Assembly (NCBI RefSeq): GCF_009914755.1
Contig: NC_060934.1
Length of the DNA: 64,000 nt
Reading direction: 5' to 3' (one strand)
Source: the human T2T-CHM13v2.0 reference genome, Homo sapiens
Below the pieces are notes generated by a model that was given only the letters and a program-made list of their open reading frames with translations, ran no database searches and was not told the origin of the DNA. A program made the position numbers and the translations under genes. Position 1 is the first letter of the stretch; each line of letters begins with the position of its first letter. Positions 1 to 15,953 of this stretch are shown in pieces.

Positions 1-3000
1 TGCACTGCCTGAATTTCTAGGAAGACACGTCTTGAGCCTTCCCTGTTCCCAGCCCTGGAATCAGCCACTTCTCCAAGAAGTCCTGGTTCCTTTCAATGGG
101 GAAGAGTATTAGTGCCCAATAGTAAGTGTGACTGACTAAGCCGTGTTTTACATTCCATCCACGAGGACTGTGTACATCGAATCCATCTGCTTTTGACTGC
201 TGCTTAGTATACCATGCTGTGCACCCACCACACTGTACCTCTCTACTCTGCCAGCAATGACACCCAAGTGGCCTCTATCTGTCCTTAGGAGCCAATGTGG
301 GAAAGTCTTTGGATATATGCCCAGGAGCAAGACTGATTGCTCTGTCAATGAATATGTGTATATACCTCCACTAACTGCTCTCTAGAATTCCTGTTGAATC
401 TCCCAGGAGCTTCCTATCCTGCACCCCCAACAAAGGCTTTCAAAGAGGCTGCTGACCCGTCCTGAGAGAAAGAGCTTCCTGGAGATGTTCTCAAATTGCT
501 TCTAGAATCTTCCAGGCCTCCTTGTTCTGCTGTGGGTCACAGCATAGAACAAATCTATCCCTTCTTGTCCATGACACTGCTGAAGCCTGGAGCTTAGAAA
601 ACACCACCACCTTATTTAGGCAAAGGCCCCCAGATCCTTCGCTTCACATGATAGTTGAGAGTGGGTGGGTAGTGGTTATTAAGATAAACAAGCTCTGGAG
701 TCAGAAGGATACGCCCGGCTTTCCAGTGACTGTGGTGCCTCAGGCAGGATCCCTGCACCTGAGCTTTCTCATCTGTAAAATGGAGTCATACTGCTCACCT
801 TGCAGGGAGGTCCCAGAAGTCGACAAGATGCCTGCATGCAGTACAACAGCACAGTGCTCCAGCAACATGTGTCCAGCTAGTGCAGGTTCCCTGCTCCCTG
901 TCACTGGTCTGGGGCCTGCATCCGCTGAGCAGCAGCCCAGATGCCTGGGGATAAGCCCACAGAGTTTGGCCAGCAGAGTCTCAGCCTGAGTTCACCACCC
1001 AGATAACCCAGATGTCGGCTCACATAGAAAGGAACAAGGGTTGAGCCTCAGATGTCTCCTAAAAGCACTATGGCTCCCGGAGCCCCTCACCACCACTCAT
1101 AGAAGGCCAAAGCCCCAGATTTGGCCTCCGCTGAGAGCACCAACAAGAAAGTTCCTGGACATACTGATATTCATAGGCCATTGACAAGAAGCTGTACAGA
1201 TCATGGCAGAGAGACCACAGGAGGTAGGAGGGTCCTGAAAGTTGCGAAAACCCAGGCTCAGTGGGAGGAAGTAATTTTGCCTGGGGTCACCCAGCCAGTG
1301 GGTAGCAAGGCTGACACCGAGACGGAGAAGACTCTTGACCACAGAGAAGCGCTATGCAGGAGTCCCCGGGCCCCGTAAACTGGCAGCCAGGTTCCCTAAC
1401 GGGAGGAGCTTGCCTACCCTTAGACTCTGGGGTGACCTGGCCTCTCAGTTCCCTGAAGGCAGGCTCTGCGTATGAGACCAGGGGCCCAGTCCACGGCCTT
1501 GAATGCTGGGGGACACAGGAATTGCTTACTCCAGGAGCTGTGTCCCCAATAAGAAGACTGGCTATAGGGCAGCCGGGGTTGGGGGGTGTGGCAGGGAGGG
1601 GCTGGTCATCACCTGCCTGGAGCAGGAACCATGTGACAGGCGAGCGAGCCAGCAAGGAGGGGTGGGAGAGGCCAGGAGTCCATGGCAAATGGAGGCTCAG
1701 ACAGGAAAAGACGCAGAGACAGGCTGTTTTCAGAAGGCAGGGTTATAAGCAGACGTGACTCCTCGGAGAAGAGGAAAAGAAAGAACAAGTGCTAGGAGTG
1801 CCCACTCACCTCCTTCGCTTTCTCTGGAGCTCATGTGGGTACAAATGTCATACCACACAGCTGCCAGCAGCCTGGCCTCGCTCGTCCCAGCCTCTTGCTG
1901 GGTGTGGGGGCTAAAGAAAGGTGCTGCCTATGGTAGTTCTTGAGTCTCTTCTTTCAAGCAGGGCCCCCATTTTCCCTATTAATAATGGCTGGGAAGAAAA
2001 GGGCTAATTCCTTGGACTCTTGCACATCTTCATATTCAGGAGTTCTGTTGCAGCCATTCCCCAGCGGCACAGCCAGCAGCGTGGGCAGGGGTACAGATGC
2101 CATCCCCTCTGCCCCTGATCACCCAGAGTAAGAAAGACCCCTCGCACTTGGCTTTTATTTCATGGGGCATCAAACTCCATTGGACACAGGAGGAAATCAA
2201 GGCGCAAGGAGGTGTAGCACCTTTGTCTAAATGGGCCCAGCAAAGCGGGCTGCTTCTGGGAACTGATGTTTGAGGCCCTATGCTAGACAGTTCCTCACAA
2301 TGACCCATTTCTCAGGTAAGAAAACTTGATTCTCAGTTTCTTGATGCCCAAGGTTGCCACGCCAGTAAGTGGTGGAGGCAGGACAGTTCCTGATCCCAGA
2401 GCCCATACACTTCAACACACAACGCAGAGGGGCAAGGCCAAGGCCAGAACCTGGTCTCCTTGCACTGGCCCCCGGCCCCCAGAAGATAACAATGACAGGC
2501 AAGTTTCACTGAGCGATTCAGTAAGGACTGAAGCCCGGGCTAAGAGATCACAACCTCAGTTGTCAAGATATTCCCACTTGAGAAATGGTGGCTCAGAGCT
2601 GCTGTCACCCCTTCTCCCCATCCGCTACTGAAGACCACTGATCCTTCCCCAGTTTCTCCAGAGGAGGCTGAACAGGAGCTTGCTAAGGACCCTCCCTACT
2701 CTGGACTCCCGTGTCTCCTCTGTCCCTCACCTGGGAAGGCCAGTGGCCCACACAGTGGCTAGTACTTCTGAGGATGGGGGGGTCCCCCTGTCATGCTGCT
2801 GCCACAGGCTTGCTGGGCATGGCAGGAAGACCCACTGCAGCCCAGCCCCGGAACACATCCCCACGACTCCAGGCCTAGTGGGAGCGGCACTGCCGGGGTC
2901 TCGGCTTGCTGTTTCCACGTCTGCCACAGAGCTGGCCTCTCCAGGGTCTGTGGCATTCTCTGAACCACCCTACTGAAGGCCAGTAATAGCTTTCACAGGC

Positions 3001-4121
3001 ACAGAGCAGGGATTAGGTATAGCTCTTTCCCCTAATTTAACCGCAAAAGTCATTTGAGCAGCTTAGAGGAAGGAGCGATGGGACCATCAAACATGCCAAA
3101 GCTGGCAGAACCAACACATCAGAGCAGTCAAACTCGCAAGTGACAAGCCCAAGAAGGCAACTGGGAGTTTCTGGATAAAGCTGAAAGATCATTTATGCTC
3201 ACAGCATCCTGACAAGAGAGGGAGATAGCTGGAGGCTGCAGAGGAGAATATGAAATGACCTGCATTTTGTGGATGGGGAAACTGAGGCTTGGAGAGGTTA
3301 AATAAATGTCCTGAGGCTAGACAGCCCAGTGGTCTCTGGACTTTGTTGTGGAGAGGAAAGGGACCTCCGCTTTGCCTTCAATACCATGGGCCATGCTCCC
3401 ATCACCACTCACCACGTCCTGCTGCTCCTCAAATCCCAGCTCAAGGGCGGCTTCCTTTGCCACTCCCCTGCATCCCCCTCCAAACTCTCTGAACATTTTC
3501 TTTATACACACTCGTATCATGCACCATGCCCTGCAACCTGTGAATATGTCTGTTCACTCCTGTAAATGTGACACAAAGCACAGTGCTCACGGGTGCTCCA
3601 TATCTGTTGGATGAATGAATGTCTAACCTTTTGAACTAGACCATGAGTCCCTTCAGGCTGAGACCACCCTGAGCTGGGCAAACAGCAGAATCGCCATCAA
3701 TGCTGCTTAATCAACTCTGTGACTACAGCTACACTCAAGAGTTGGGGCCCATTCCCTGGCCTCACCCATTCTGTGCACATTTGCCAGTCAGGGCCAGGCC
3801 TCTGTGGATCAACGCTATGATAAGACACGTATCCTAGTCTTCCCCTTTGACACTAGTAATCTAATTTAGAAAATGCAAAGATATTGATGAACAAAAGTAA
3901 AATCATCACGTCCCATCACCTAGAATGAATCACTATTAATGTCTTGGTATATGGCCTTCCCCACTGTTTAATGTGTTTGTGTATGTGTGTATATACACTC
4001 ACATACCTATGTATTTCCAAATGGCCTCCCAGATAGCATGCTATGACATGCTGTTCTTCATGATATGCTGTAAATATCTTTTCAGGTTACAAATTGGTGA
4101 CTTTCTATGGCTGCATCATAA

Positions 4122-4513
<392 letters not shown>

Positions 4514-6450
4514 TAATGAGAGGCTTTGAGTCTACAGGGCATTCTGGGGTTACTTCTATCTCTTTGAGCCTATGACTGTAGAATGTAGGATGTGAGGTTC
4601 TAGAATCCTTTTATGAAGCCAGAGGAATGTCCCTTTAACTTTCCCATGGCCCTCAAGTGTGTGGGCTTCTGTTGCAAGGCCTCATGTCTTAGGTGAGGAC
4701 TAAAGTCAAGGACTCAGTGGCCTATGGCAAGGCAAAAACCTCAAGCAGAATTAAACTATGCACTGGCTGGCCCTCCTCCCACTGTAGACAGCCACCCTGG
4801 ACTCCCACCTATGTCTGTGGGAAGTTTAGAGTAATCAATAATAGTAGAAGCAGAGTGGGCAATGTTTACACAAAATTACTTCCCTGAGGTCAGCTTGCCC
4901 CCGTCTCACTAATTGTTAGCAATATTGACAGGTAAACTTGTTTTACATCAGTGGAACCGGCTGAGAAGCAGGATGATTACAAACGATGGCTCCAGAATGC
5001 TTTCCTGGTCCAGTGTGGTGCCCACAGTGGGACCCTGTGAGAAGGAGGGGTCAGGACCTGGGGAAGTGTCAAGGGAGGTGAGCACCTAGCATAGAGGTAA
5101 CCAGAATTGCTAGCTGGCCTCTGATTCCAGCATTGCTAGAGAATCCAGGCCAGCCCTAGGCCCACATCTCAGCCTCAAGGCAGCTCTGGTGCCTGGACAC
5201 AAAAACAACCAAGATCAAGGACGCCTTGCTGTGCTGCGCTAAGCTGCATACCCCCTCTCAAAATGCCACAAGAGACAAGCAAGCAGACTGTGGTAACCTG
5301 GCAGGGACAGGGGGTCATGCTGCAACAAGAAGGCTCCGGAGCCACACACACACATCTCTCAGACCACTCCACCACACCCTTCTGGGTGGAGTCAGGCGGG
5401 GACAGGGGCTGAGCCTTCCCTACTGCCACATGGTCCTGGACTGGGCATCCTGGCAGAGGTGGGGCAGGAGCAAATGGAAATAGAACAGCTCCAGCCCTCA
5501 GAGAGCCAGGAGCACACTGCACAGCCTTGACAATCCTGCAGGCTGAGTTCTAGCCTGCAGAAAAAGCTGGGTGGACTGGAGTTCTGAGTCTCCTGCTGAC
5601 GATGGGCCATTTGGCAGGGTGAACAGGGCCAGGGACACAGACCCTAATTTTGGCACTGCCATTTAAAGCTGTGCACCCTCAGGCAAGCCCCTTCACATCT
5701 CTGAACCACAACCTTTCATCTTTAAGACCGTCCTTCCACCTCATGATCTGTGGGGTGGGACCATCGGTGCTCTCCAGGGAGGAGGGGGCTAGTGAGGTGC
5801 AGGAAGTATGGCGGGCACCCCCATCAATAGGATGGGAAGCACGGGATGTTTTAAGAATCTACCAATAAACCTAGAGACATTTTTCTGTCCTTAAGTATGA
5901 GCTGCAGGGAAAGAAAAGCAAAGGAGAAAAACCTTTGGCTTTCATTCCTCCTCTGTGCCCCAGGTTGGCCAGCAAGGGTGGGCTAATGGGCATTGAGGGG
6001 GCCACCCACCACAGCCTTTCCCTCCAAAGAGTCCCCTGCACGCATATCTGACATGCAATCAAAGCCAGATCATAACAATTCTTTGCAAAAATGACTCAGT
6101 CTTCTTACTGGCCACTCTGGAGACAGCCAAATAAGCAGCTGAAACGGCTGGGCCCATGCCTGACATTTATCCTCCCCGCCCTCTGCACCCTCCTCCTTCC
6201 TTCTGCACTCCGGCCACTGGAAGGCCTATGCCTTCCCACAGGCTGCTCTCAGGCCTCTCTTAGTTCCTCTGCTTTGGTTAAGGTGCTCTGGGAAGAGCCT
6301 CAGGAAAGAATGACAATTTTGCTGTCCCCTCTCATGTGCCTGTGTTCCCTGCCTCAGAATTGGTGGTGCACACCTGGGGCAGAAGGGTTCCTCAGAAGTT
6401 CTGGCCTAGCTCAGTGGTTCTATCTAGTTTGCACACTGGAATCATCTGGA

Positions 6451-7518
6451 TAAAACTGCCTCTGCAAAAGTTATGACAGGCAGAGAAATCTGACATAGCT
6501 GACTCCATCTTGCTTCTAGCCTCACAAGCTGTCCTTGATGATTCTTGAGCATAAGCCAAGCTAACTATGGGAGGAATTTGTTTATACTTCAACCTTAAAA
6601 CAAAGACAATACCAGCCCCTTCCCAAAACTAATTCCCTCCTTGCTCAGGGACCACCTTTGTAAAACTAACAAGTTAGCCACAAGGTTAGAATTATGCTTT
6701 GGAAGTCATGTAGCCAGGGATCACAAGATTCCTAACCTCCCCAACTGCTCCTACAGATAACATCACAACTGTAAAACGTATGATTGGTGTTTGAGGTATC
6801 TTTCAGGTATCTTTCAGACTCTGCATTCTGATAAACCAGCTGGCACCACCTGGACCGGTATATTAGTCCATTTTTAGGCTGCTGATAAAGACATACCAGA
6901 GGCTGGGTAACTTATAAAGAAAAAGAGGTTTAATGGACTCACAATCATGGCAGAAGGTGAAAGGCATGTCTTACATGGTAGCAGGCAAGACAGAATGAGA
7001 GCCAGGTGAAAGGGGAAACCCTTTATAAAACCATCAGATCTCGTGAGACTTATTCATTACCACGAGAAAGGTATGGGGGAAACCACCCCCATGATTCAAT
7101 TATCTCCCACTGGGTCCCTCCCACAACACATGGGAATTATGGGAGCTACAATTCAAGATGAGATTTGGGTGGGGACACAGCCAAACCATATCAACCAGTA
7201 ACCATACCAAGAAACTGGCTCAGCTGATCTTGTGACCCCCAACCCAGGAACTGACTCAGTGCAAGAAGACAGCTTCAACCCCCTATGACTTTATCCCCAA
7301 CCCAACCAATCAGCATTCCCCATTCCCTAGCCTGACAAACTATCCTTGAAAAATTCTAACCTCTAAATTCTCAAGAAGGTTGACTTGAGAATTCTCTCCC
7401 ATCCTCTGGCTTGGCTGGCCTTGTGATTATTAAACTCTTTCTTTGCTGCAAAACCTGCTGTTCTCAGTGAATTTGCTTTCCTGGGCAGCAGGCAAGAAGA
7501 AACCATTGGGCAACTACA
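6451..7518 (+). mobile_element. ERV1 solo LTR, LTR8 family (LTR8A/B-like), interrupted by THE1
   Basis: Starts TAAAACTGCCTCTGCAAAAGTTATGAC, contains GACTCCATCTTGCTTCTAGCCTCACAAGCTGTCC and CCAGGAACTGACTCAG, and ends GGGCAACTACA, as in LTR8-type consensus. Confidence 0.75.
6859..7193 (-). mobile_element. THE1 (THE1C/B-like) MaLR solo LTR
   Basis: Minus strand begins TGATATGGTTTGGCTGTGTCCCCACCCAAATCTCATCTTGAATTGTAGCTCCC. 5-bp TSD ACCGG (6854-6858) / ACCAG (7194-7198). Confidence 0.9.
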
Positions 7519-8305
7519 TTGAGAGCTTTAAAAAATCATGAAGCCCGAATCCCACCATCAGAGACTCTGATTTAATTGGCATAGGGTGTGGTCAGGACAT
7601 GGAGTTTTAAAAGCCTGCCCAATGATTTGAATGCACAGATAGTTTGAGCATCGCTGGTCTTCTCGGTGAAGATTAATGAGAGAATCTGGTGAAAACTTTT
7701 GCACAGTACTTCCATTCTGGGTGCCACCCTCCCCTGACTTGCAGAGTTGACAGGAGCTAGCAGGAGCGGGGCTGACTGCCTACCTGGCCTAGGGAAACCT
7801 GCCTCATTACCTTATACTGTTCTTTCTACAAAGAGGTTTCCTTCCAACCAAAATTATGCACTTCAGCCATAATGTTCCTGTGGCTTTCTATCCCCCTAGA
7901 GCTATGGGCAAAAATCTCTCCCGTGCAAAGCACTGTCCTGAATAGCTAGGACTCTGCAGCAAGACTACTTGGGTTGGAATCCCGGCTCAGATGGAGTGAC
8001 CTTGGCCAAGTTATTTAATCTCCCTGTGCCTCGGTTTCCTCACCTGAGGAGAATAACAGTATCTGCCTCATAAGGTTGTCATGAGGATTAAACAAGAGCA
8101 TCCTTGAAAAGTGCTTAGAGAAGAGCTGGGTGTGCAGCAAATGGTCACTAGTGCACGGGACAATGCCAGGAGCTCCATGAGAGCAGGGAGTGTGTTTGTT
8201 CTATTTGTGTCTCCAGCTTGGTGCAGCTCAGCTCCAGCACAAAGTAAATCACTTAGTTAAAAACAGCAACTGGTGAATGAAGGAACATTTCCCAAATGCC
8301 CAAAT

Positions 8306-8913
8306 TCAAAAGTGTCCCCAGAGGGTTGACAAGAATTGCATGCCACATTATGGACTGAAATAGAGTTATAATTAAGCATTAATTGGGCTGCACTTTGGCC
8401 CACTTCCTTGTTGCTGAAAGTCACACAGCACAAGATCCTGACCTTGTGTATCCCAGTTGTTCCTGTAGATAGGATTTCTGACTTTAGGGTCCAAAGACTG
8501 TTTACAAATTGATTCACAACCCCGTTATTCCTATAGACAGGATTGCTAACATTAGAATCATCAACTTTTGCTGTAGGATAGCTTAAGATGTTTTTCAGAT
8601 CCCCAATTTCAGCAACCAGTTTGGAGACGCCCCCCCACAGAGGATCAGGGTCAGCATGAAAGCACAGCTGCTTCCTCTCCCTGTCCCATGACCTCACCCT
8701 GCTCTTTTCCACCCATCAGTGATCTCCACGCTTCAGCCCACTCCCAAACTGTTAAAAACTCTAATTCCAAATTCCTTGGGGTGATAGATTTGAGGTATCC
8801 TCTCATGTCTTCGTTCAGTGACCCTATGATTAAACCTCTTTCTCTGCTGCAACCCAGTGTCTCAGCGTACTGACTTGCCGAGTGCATCAGGCAACAAACC
8901 CATTATGGTTACA
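8306..8913 (+). mobile_element. ERV1-class solo LTR (LTR26-like, subfamily tentative)
   Basis: LTR-like body with an internal repeat (TTCCTGTAGATAGGATTTCTGAC / TTCCTATAGACAGGATTGCTAAC), an ATTAAA polyA-like signal and terminal GGTTACA. Confidence 0.6.
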
Positions 8914-9084
8914 TACCCATGTCCATATCCCCACAAGCCTTTTATTCCTTGGATAAGGCATCCTTGCAAAGCTGGGCTTGGAGATCAGGGCATCAGGCGG
9001 CTCTCCAGCACTCTGGACAGAGACAGGGACAGGTAGTAGTGGAGAGTGGCAGTAAATGGAGCCTGGAAGCCTTTTGTTGCGTTT

Positions 9085-9655
<571 letters not shown>

Positions 9656-10328
9656 TAATTTGCATTAATTGCTGTTGACACCTGTTTGTTTAATCCCAAC
9701 CTCTCCCTCGGTGCGGCTGCACAGCTGGCAAGCGCTCCTTGCACTGTTTGTCTAATGACCACCTCCTAAGTGCTTGCTAACACAATCGATGCCTGCACCT
9801 ACTGCTCAATGCCTGGTGAGCACAACTCAGAGCTCTGCAGACACCAAGCAAGGGCATGCGGGGCAGAAGGCATGAAGCTGCTGGGCATGCAGGCAAGAAG
9901 CTACCACCTCGGAGGGCAAGTCATCCTGTCATGGGACTTGTGACACTCAGCGCATAGAGGTCAGGGCAAGGGTCAGACTCTGGAAAGCTGGCTGTGCTCA
10001 GGGGGCAATCCGAACTCCATGCCCAGGGAGGGAACAAATCAACATCCCTCCAGATGGGCTTGGAGCCCCAGATCCAGGGGCAGGAGAGAAGTGCCACAGG
10101 TTTGACATTGTCCTTCCAGATGTGCCAGCCCAGAGGGTCCCTGCCTCCCACTTGAATGTGGAAAGTGGTCAGGATTGAGCAGAGTTTGATTCAGAGGCTC
10201 TCTACCCTGCAGGGGAGCTGCCACAGGTCATCAGGAGAGAAGCAGAAGGAGGTGTAAGAGGGAGCCCTGGCTTCTGCTTCTGCTTCTGTTTTCACCATGG
10301 GAGTCTCCCTTTCTTTTTTCCCTCTCTC

Positions 10329-10645
10329 TTTTTTTTTTTAAATTGTTGTTGCTGTTGTTGAGACAAGGTCTCCCTCTGTCACCCAGACTGGAGTACAGTG
10401 GTGCAATCATAGTTCATTGCAGCCTTGAACTCCTGGGCTCAAGTACTCCTCTTGCTTCAGTCTCCTGAGTAGCTGGGACTACAGGTATGCACCACCATGC
10501 CTGGCTAATGTTTTTTTAAAAATTTTTTGTAGAGATGGGGGCCTCACTATGTTGCTCAGGCTGGTTTTGAACTCCCAGCCTCAAGCGATCCTCCTGCCTT
10601 GGCCTCATAAAGTGCTGGGATTACAGGCGTGAGCCCCCAGGTCCA
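10329..10645 (-). mobile_element. Alu (AluJ-like)
   Basis: GCAGCCTTGAACTCCTGGGCTCAAG AluJ-type motif. Confidence 0.85.
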
Positions 10646-11380
10646 GTCAGGCGTCTCCCTCTCTGTGTCATCCAGGCTGAAGACAGGCAGTCAGTCCCAG
10701 GGGACACTGAGAAGCCTTTTGTGACCATGGTTCAATCTGCCTCGTGAGCCCAGAGGAAGTTCTGAGGGCAGCTGGCACTGGCAGGTCAAGGCACCCTCCC
10801 TGGCAAGCTGGGAGGTCTGAAGCCTCCCACTATGCCACTGTCTGGCCTGGCAGGAGGCAGAGCTTTGGGTCCAGAAACATTTGTTTCGGCCAAGATTCCC
10901 TACTTCCTGCTGACCCCATTCTACTGAGGGTTGGTGGGTCTAACGGATGGGCAGCAGGCCAGATGTTGGCACAGTCCTTATTAAATGAGGACTTATTATA
11001 CAAACAAATCACTGGGGGTTCTTGCTCAGGTGCAGATTCTGACTCAGGAGGTATGAAGTGAAACCTAAGGTTCTGCATTTCTAACAGCCTTCCGGAATGC
11101 CCATGCTGCCAGCCTATTGAAGCCACTTTGAGAATTGAGAGCCCAGGCAGAGCTTCTCAGGCTTCAGCATGAATGTGAATCAGAAAGCCGGGGGTCAGGG
11201 GCAGGTATTACGACAGACTGCTTCCCCCTCCCAAGAGTTTCTGATGTAGGTCTAGGGCAAGGCCAGGGAATGTGCATTTCTAACCCGTTCTCTAGCGATG
11301 CTGCTGCTGCTGGTCCTGGGACCACACTTTGAGAAATATCGGCTGGGATAGTAAGGTGAAACAGGACAAGGGCAGAATTA

Positions 11381-12075
<695 letters not shown>

Positions 12076-13266
12076 TTAAATTCTTAATGAAGACTTGTTT
12101 TCCTCTAATCTCTTGTGCTCTCTGGAGCAGTGGGTGTATAGGGAAAAAAAAAAAAAAAAAGAAAGAAACAGAGAACTGAAGGTTACAGAAAGTTAAATTC
12201 CAGCTTAACTGAAATAATAGTCTCCTACGGGGCAAAATGAAGTCTCTCTAATATGTGACGTTTGTCTTCACCCTCACATGTTCCAGGATTGAATTGCTAA
12301 GCAGCACCAAGTACCGGTGAGCACGTGGTGAGGCCCTACTGCCGCTGCATCCACCTTCAAGTCATGTGTGTTGGCTGCTGGGGTGAACAAGCTGACTGCT
12401 CCAACCCATCATGTCCCTATGTCATCACTCAGTCAGACTACATGCCTCCACCTCCTTAGAAACCCTCCCACAAGGACACGAGGACAGCCACCCTCCCACT
12501 GAGAGTCCTCTCTCTAGCTCTCCATGGCACATCTGCCCTCCCCTACACCTGTGACCAGGTGCTATCTAGCCATCTAGTGTTTGCTGACACTAATACCTGT
12601 AAGCAACTTGAGGTTGAGACTCGCATCTCATTCATCTCTGTAGCCCCTCCTTCTTCAGAAATGACATTTCCCAGGTGGGCTTATTTATAAATACTTTAAA
12701 ACTTCCATACACCACTTTCTGATTTGAAAAATACAGGAACTATCTCATATCCCAGAAACTTATAAATGGCTCTTATCTGAACAAATATTATAAGCTACAA
12801 ACCCTTTTCTCCCTCTTAGGAGTGCCTAGAGTAAACAACTGTGTCCTGGCAGGCCAGTCCCCAAGACCCCGGAAGCCTCTCATCTGGGTGGGAGACACCT
12901 GCTGCTGTGTGTCTGCCAGGGAGTCAGCTGGGAAAGGGAGAAGCCCCTTGACCCACTCTGCTTCCCTTTCACCTGAACCGGGCCCAGACCTTCAGACTCA
13001 GGGGATTTGGCCACAGGCAGAGAAAATGGTAAGACATGAGAAAGGACTTCCAGACTGAGAGCACGGGCCATGCGGGGCAGGTGAAGGGGAGGGATGAGAG
13101 GAGGAAGGCTGTATAATGTGGTTGGGGCATGAGCTAGGGAGGACGGGTGACTGAGTTGGCTGAGAACAGACCCCCAAATCTCTGCAGGACAACTCATAAG
13201 AGTGGCTTTCAATATTTTTTCGTCATGACTAAGAGTAAGAAATACCATTTTTCATCATGTCCCAGG

Positions 13267-13318
<52 letters not shown>
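13267..13318 (+). repeat. (AGAT)13 tetranucleotide STR
   Basis: Direct reading. Confidence 0.95.
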
Positions 13319-15884
13319 CTGTGCATGCACATAGTAAAACTGAAATTAAAAGTTACAACATAGTAATTACCATTTTATATGTGATGATGTACTCTGACAT
13401 TTTCTATTTTACTGCATTAAAAAATTGCTGGTCTCAACCCACTGACTTGACTTAACAATTCACTAGCAGGTTCATAGTACGCAACTTGAAAAACTCTGCC
13501 CTATCATGTCTCACTTATTTCAGAGGAGCTTCGAGGCTTTGGAATTCCTGCTCTACATAATGCTCCCACCCAGCTGAGTACCTGCTGTATGCCACACACC
13601 ACGCCCGATGCTGGTGGAGGTGGAGGGCAGAGAAGGGTCACACACATAGACTGGAGGGCCGTGTGCTCAAGGTGGCAACAAAAGCCATCCACGTGCCACA
13701 CAGACCTGAAACGTGAGGGCATTTAGCTACCAGTGAGCACCAAGGTCAGGTACCACCTCCCAGTGGTTGGCATCAGAAAGCAGACAGAAGTATCCTTGTC
13801 CCTCTCAGCCTCTATGCCCTGTTGAGATCCCAGACCTCCCTCCTTCTCTTCCTGAGAATGGCTCAGAGGGTGGAGGAAGATCACGTGGCAGCTCTATTCG
13901 GAAACAAGAGGATGACTGAGTTGATCCTGGCAGCTGCCTGGATGCTGAGAGCCTCCCCGTCTTTCCAGCGCCAGGTTGGGGCCGCTTTGGGGAGGTCCCT
14001 TTAGGGTGGCTGTCCTTCTGATTCACTTGGGTCTTGTTTCAGAGCTGCCTGTTCTCCACTTACTAAAGCTTTAAAGGCCACTCATGCATCTCAAATTTAT
14101 TTCCCATAAAAATCTTGTTTTATTTTTTCCACCACCCTCTAAGCATTCTGGAAGGAAAAAATAAGCCACTCTGAAGGCATCCTAAGTTTCTACAATTATC
14201 CCAGTGAGGTGCTGCAGGAGCTCAGCTACAAGTAGCAAAGAGTGCAGAACTATTTCCATAATGGAAGACTGTGCAGCCCTACCTTCGTCGCTGTCACTGC
14301 AGCCCCTCCTTCCTCCAGCAGGCCCTTTCATTCTCACCTCCCTCCAGCCTGGGGATGAAGGCTGTGACCTGGCTCTCCTGCTGGTTTGGGAGTTGAGAAG
14401 CCACTCAAGTAACTCGGATGGATCAGGGAGAGATAGAAAATAGAAGCAGAGAGACTCCAGCAAGGAAACAGTGGCTGCCTCCATATGCCCCCTCTCTCTA
14501 GCTCGGGGGCAGGGGAAGAACAACCAAGGCCTCCTGCAGTGGACAAGGCCCTGGGATCAGTCAAGCTCTTTCAGGAGCAGCTGGCCACTTGGGGTAAACC
14601 AGGAGCCCCTCCTGGACAGCAACAGCCCCTGGCATTTCCATATCACCAAGGCCTGGCCGAGGCCAGGCAGCAGGGGCTCTGTCCCAGGCTGAACTGATTG
14701 GGAAACACAGCCCAGTCACTGATGTCTCTCTTACCTGGCCAGATGTGTGATAGGCACTTGGCCATGAAGGCTTAGAGCTTCAGTTTCTACCTGTGTCAAG
14801 GGGAGACCATCACCCTGTGGATGTGGGACTGCACATGACCATTCTTGGTAAGAAGTAAGATGCTTCCACATGTTGAAATTATTACTGTCATTCTGCAGAA
14901 AAGCGAGATATGTCTATGCAAGAGGAGCCAAAACAGCCGATCTTTGCTCTGTGGCTGTGCCTGCTAAGAGATATTGTCAGCCTTTCAGAAGGGGAAGGAC
15001 CAGGAGATCTGGGCCACCCTTGCTGCCCACTTCGGTGCAAGTCACTTCTTGGACTGCAGCCAACATAGACACCCAGTCGACCCGCTCCCTTATCTGGGCA
15101 AAAGCCACCTTCTTATCTTGAACCACCTTCTGGGGGTGGGGGATAAGCTTCATCTGAAAGATGAGAGGGCGCTGAGATTCACAGAGCTGCTGTGAGCCTT
15201 CCAAGGCCACAGTTAGGATATGGGGAAGCCAAAGCTGGCGCTGGTGAGACCCACCTGTCTACCCGCTGCACACCCAGCTCTGTTCTTGCTCAGTTACTGC
15301 CCCATTTGGATGAGCAGCAGAAGGAAGTGGAGGCATCTTGAGGGGCCACAATGAACAGAGACGGGAGACGAAGGACCCAGGCAAGAAGGGCCTGGCCAGG
15401 AATGCAGGGGGCAAAGGGCTCAAAAGCAAGCCCCTGGGATTAGCAGGACAGCACGGGAGGGAGAGCCGCGCAGGCCAAGGCACTTCTGGGCAGGCTCCTT
15501 CTGCTCTGGGCAGGCTCCTTCTGCTTAGAGAATACTCAGAGGCCCCAGTGACCCAGGAGCCAATCCAGGTGCAAGCTGTTTGAGGACTCTGGTCTTGGGA
15601 GCATAAGACTGAACCACAGCCCACCCCCAGGGGCTTCCCAGAGGCCAGGCAAGAGACGTCTATCCTGGGCACAGGGCTGTTGTGGAATCACATATTCCTA
15701 TCCTGGCACCGCGGCAGTCTCACTGTGCAACCCGATGCACTCTCATGATGTGTTTGGGCCTCGTTTGATTCATCTGTCCAAGGAAAGACTCAGAACCTCA
15801 AAGGTCAGCTGGTCCCACCTCCCACCCAGCCAGGGTCAGAGTCCTGCCTGTGGCACCGCTGACAGATGGGCACTTGCACCACAG

Positions 15885-15953
15885 GAGGCAGGCCATTCCC
15901 CATCAGATGGGCCCAAACTGCTAGGACTCATCTGATGGGGAATGGCCTGCCTC
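15885..15953. repeat. Perfect 25-bp inverted repeat with 19-nt spacer (pre-miRNA-like hairpin)
   Basis: GAGGCAGGCCATTCCCCATCAGATG (15885-15909) is the exact reverse complement of CATCTGATGGGGAATGGCCTGCCTC (15929-15953). Confidence 0.9.

Larger units (their letters stand above)
6410..7660. mobile_element. MER5-type hAT-Charlie element split by the LTR8 insertion
   Basis: CAGTGGTTC...GCACACTGGAATCATCTGG lies before the LTR and GAGAGCTTTAAAAAA...CAGAGACTCTGATTTAATTGG after it. Confidence 0.6.

Noticed and set aside
10985-11340. Self-complementary segments here and at ~47100-47560
   Set aside because: Explained by palindromic MER5-type DNA transposon copies.
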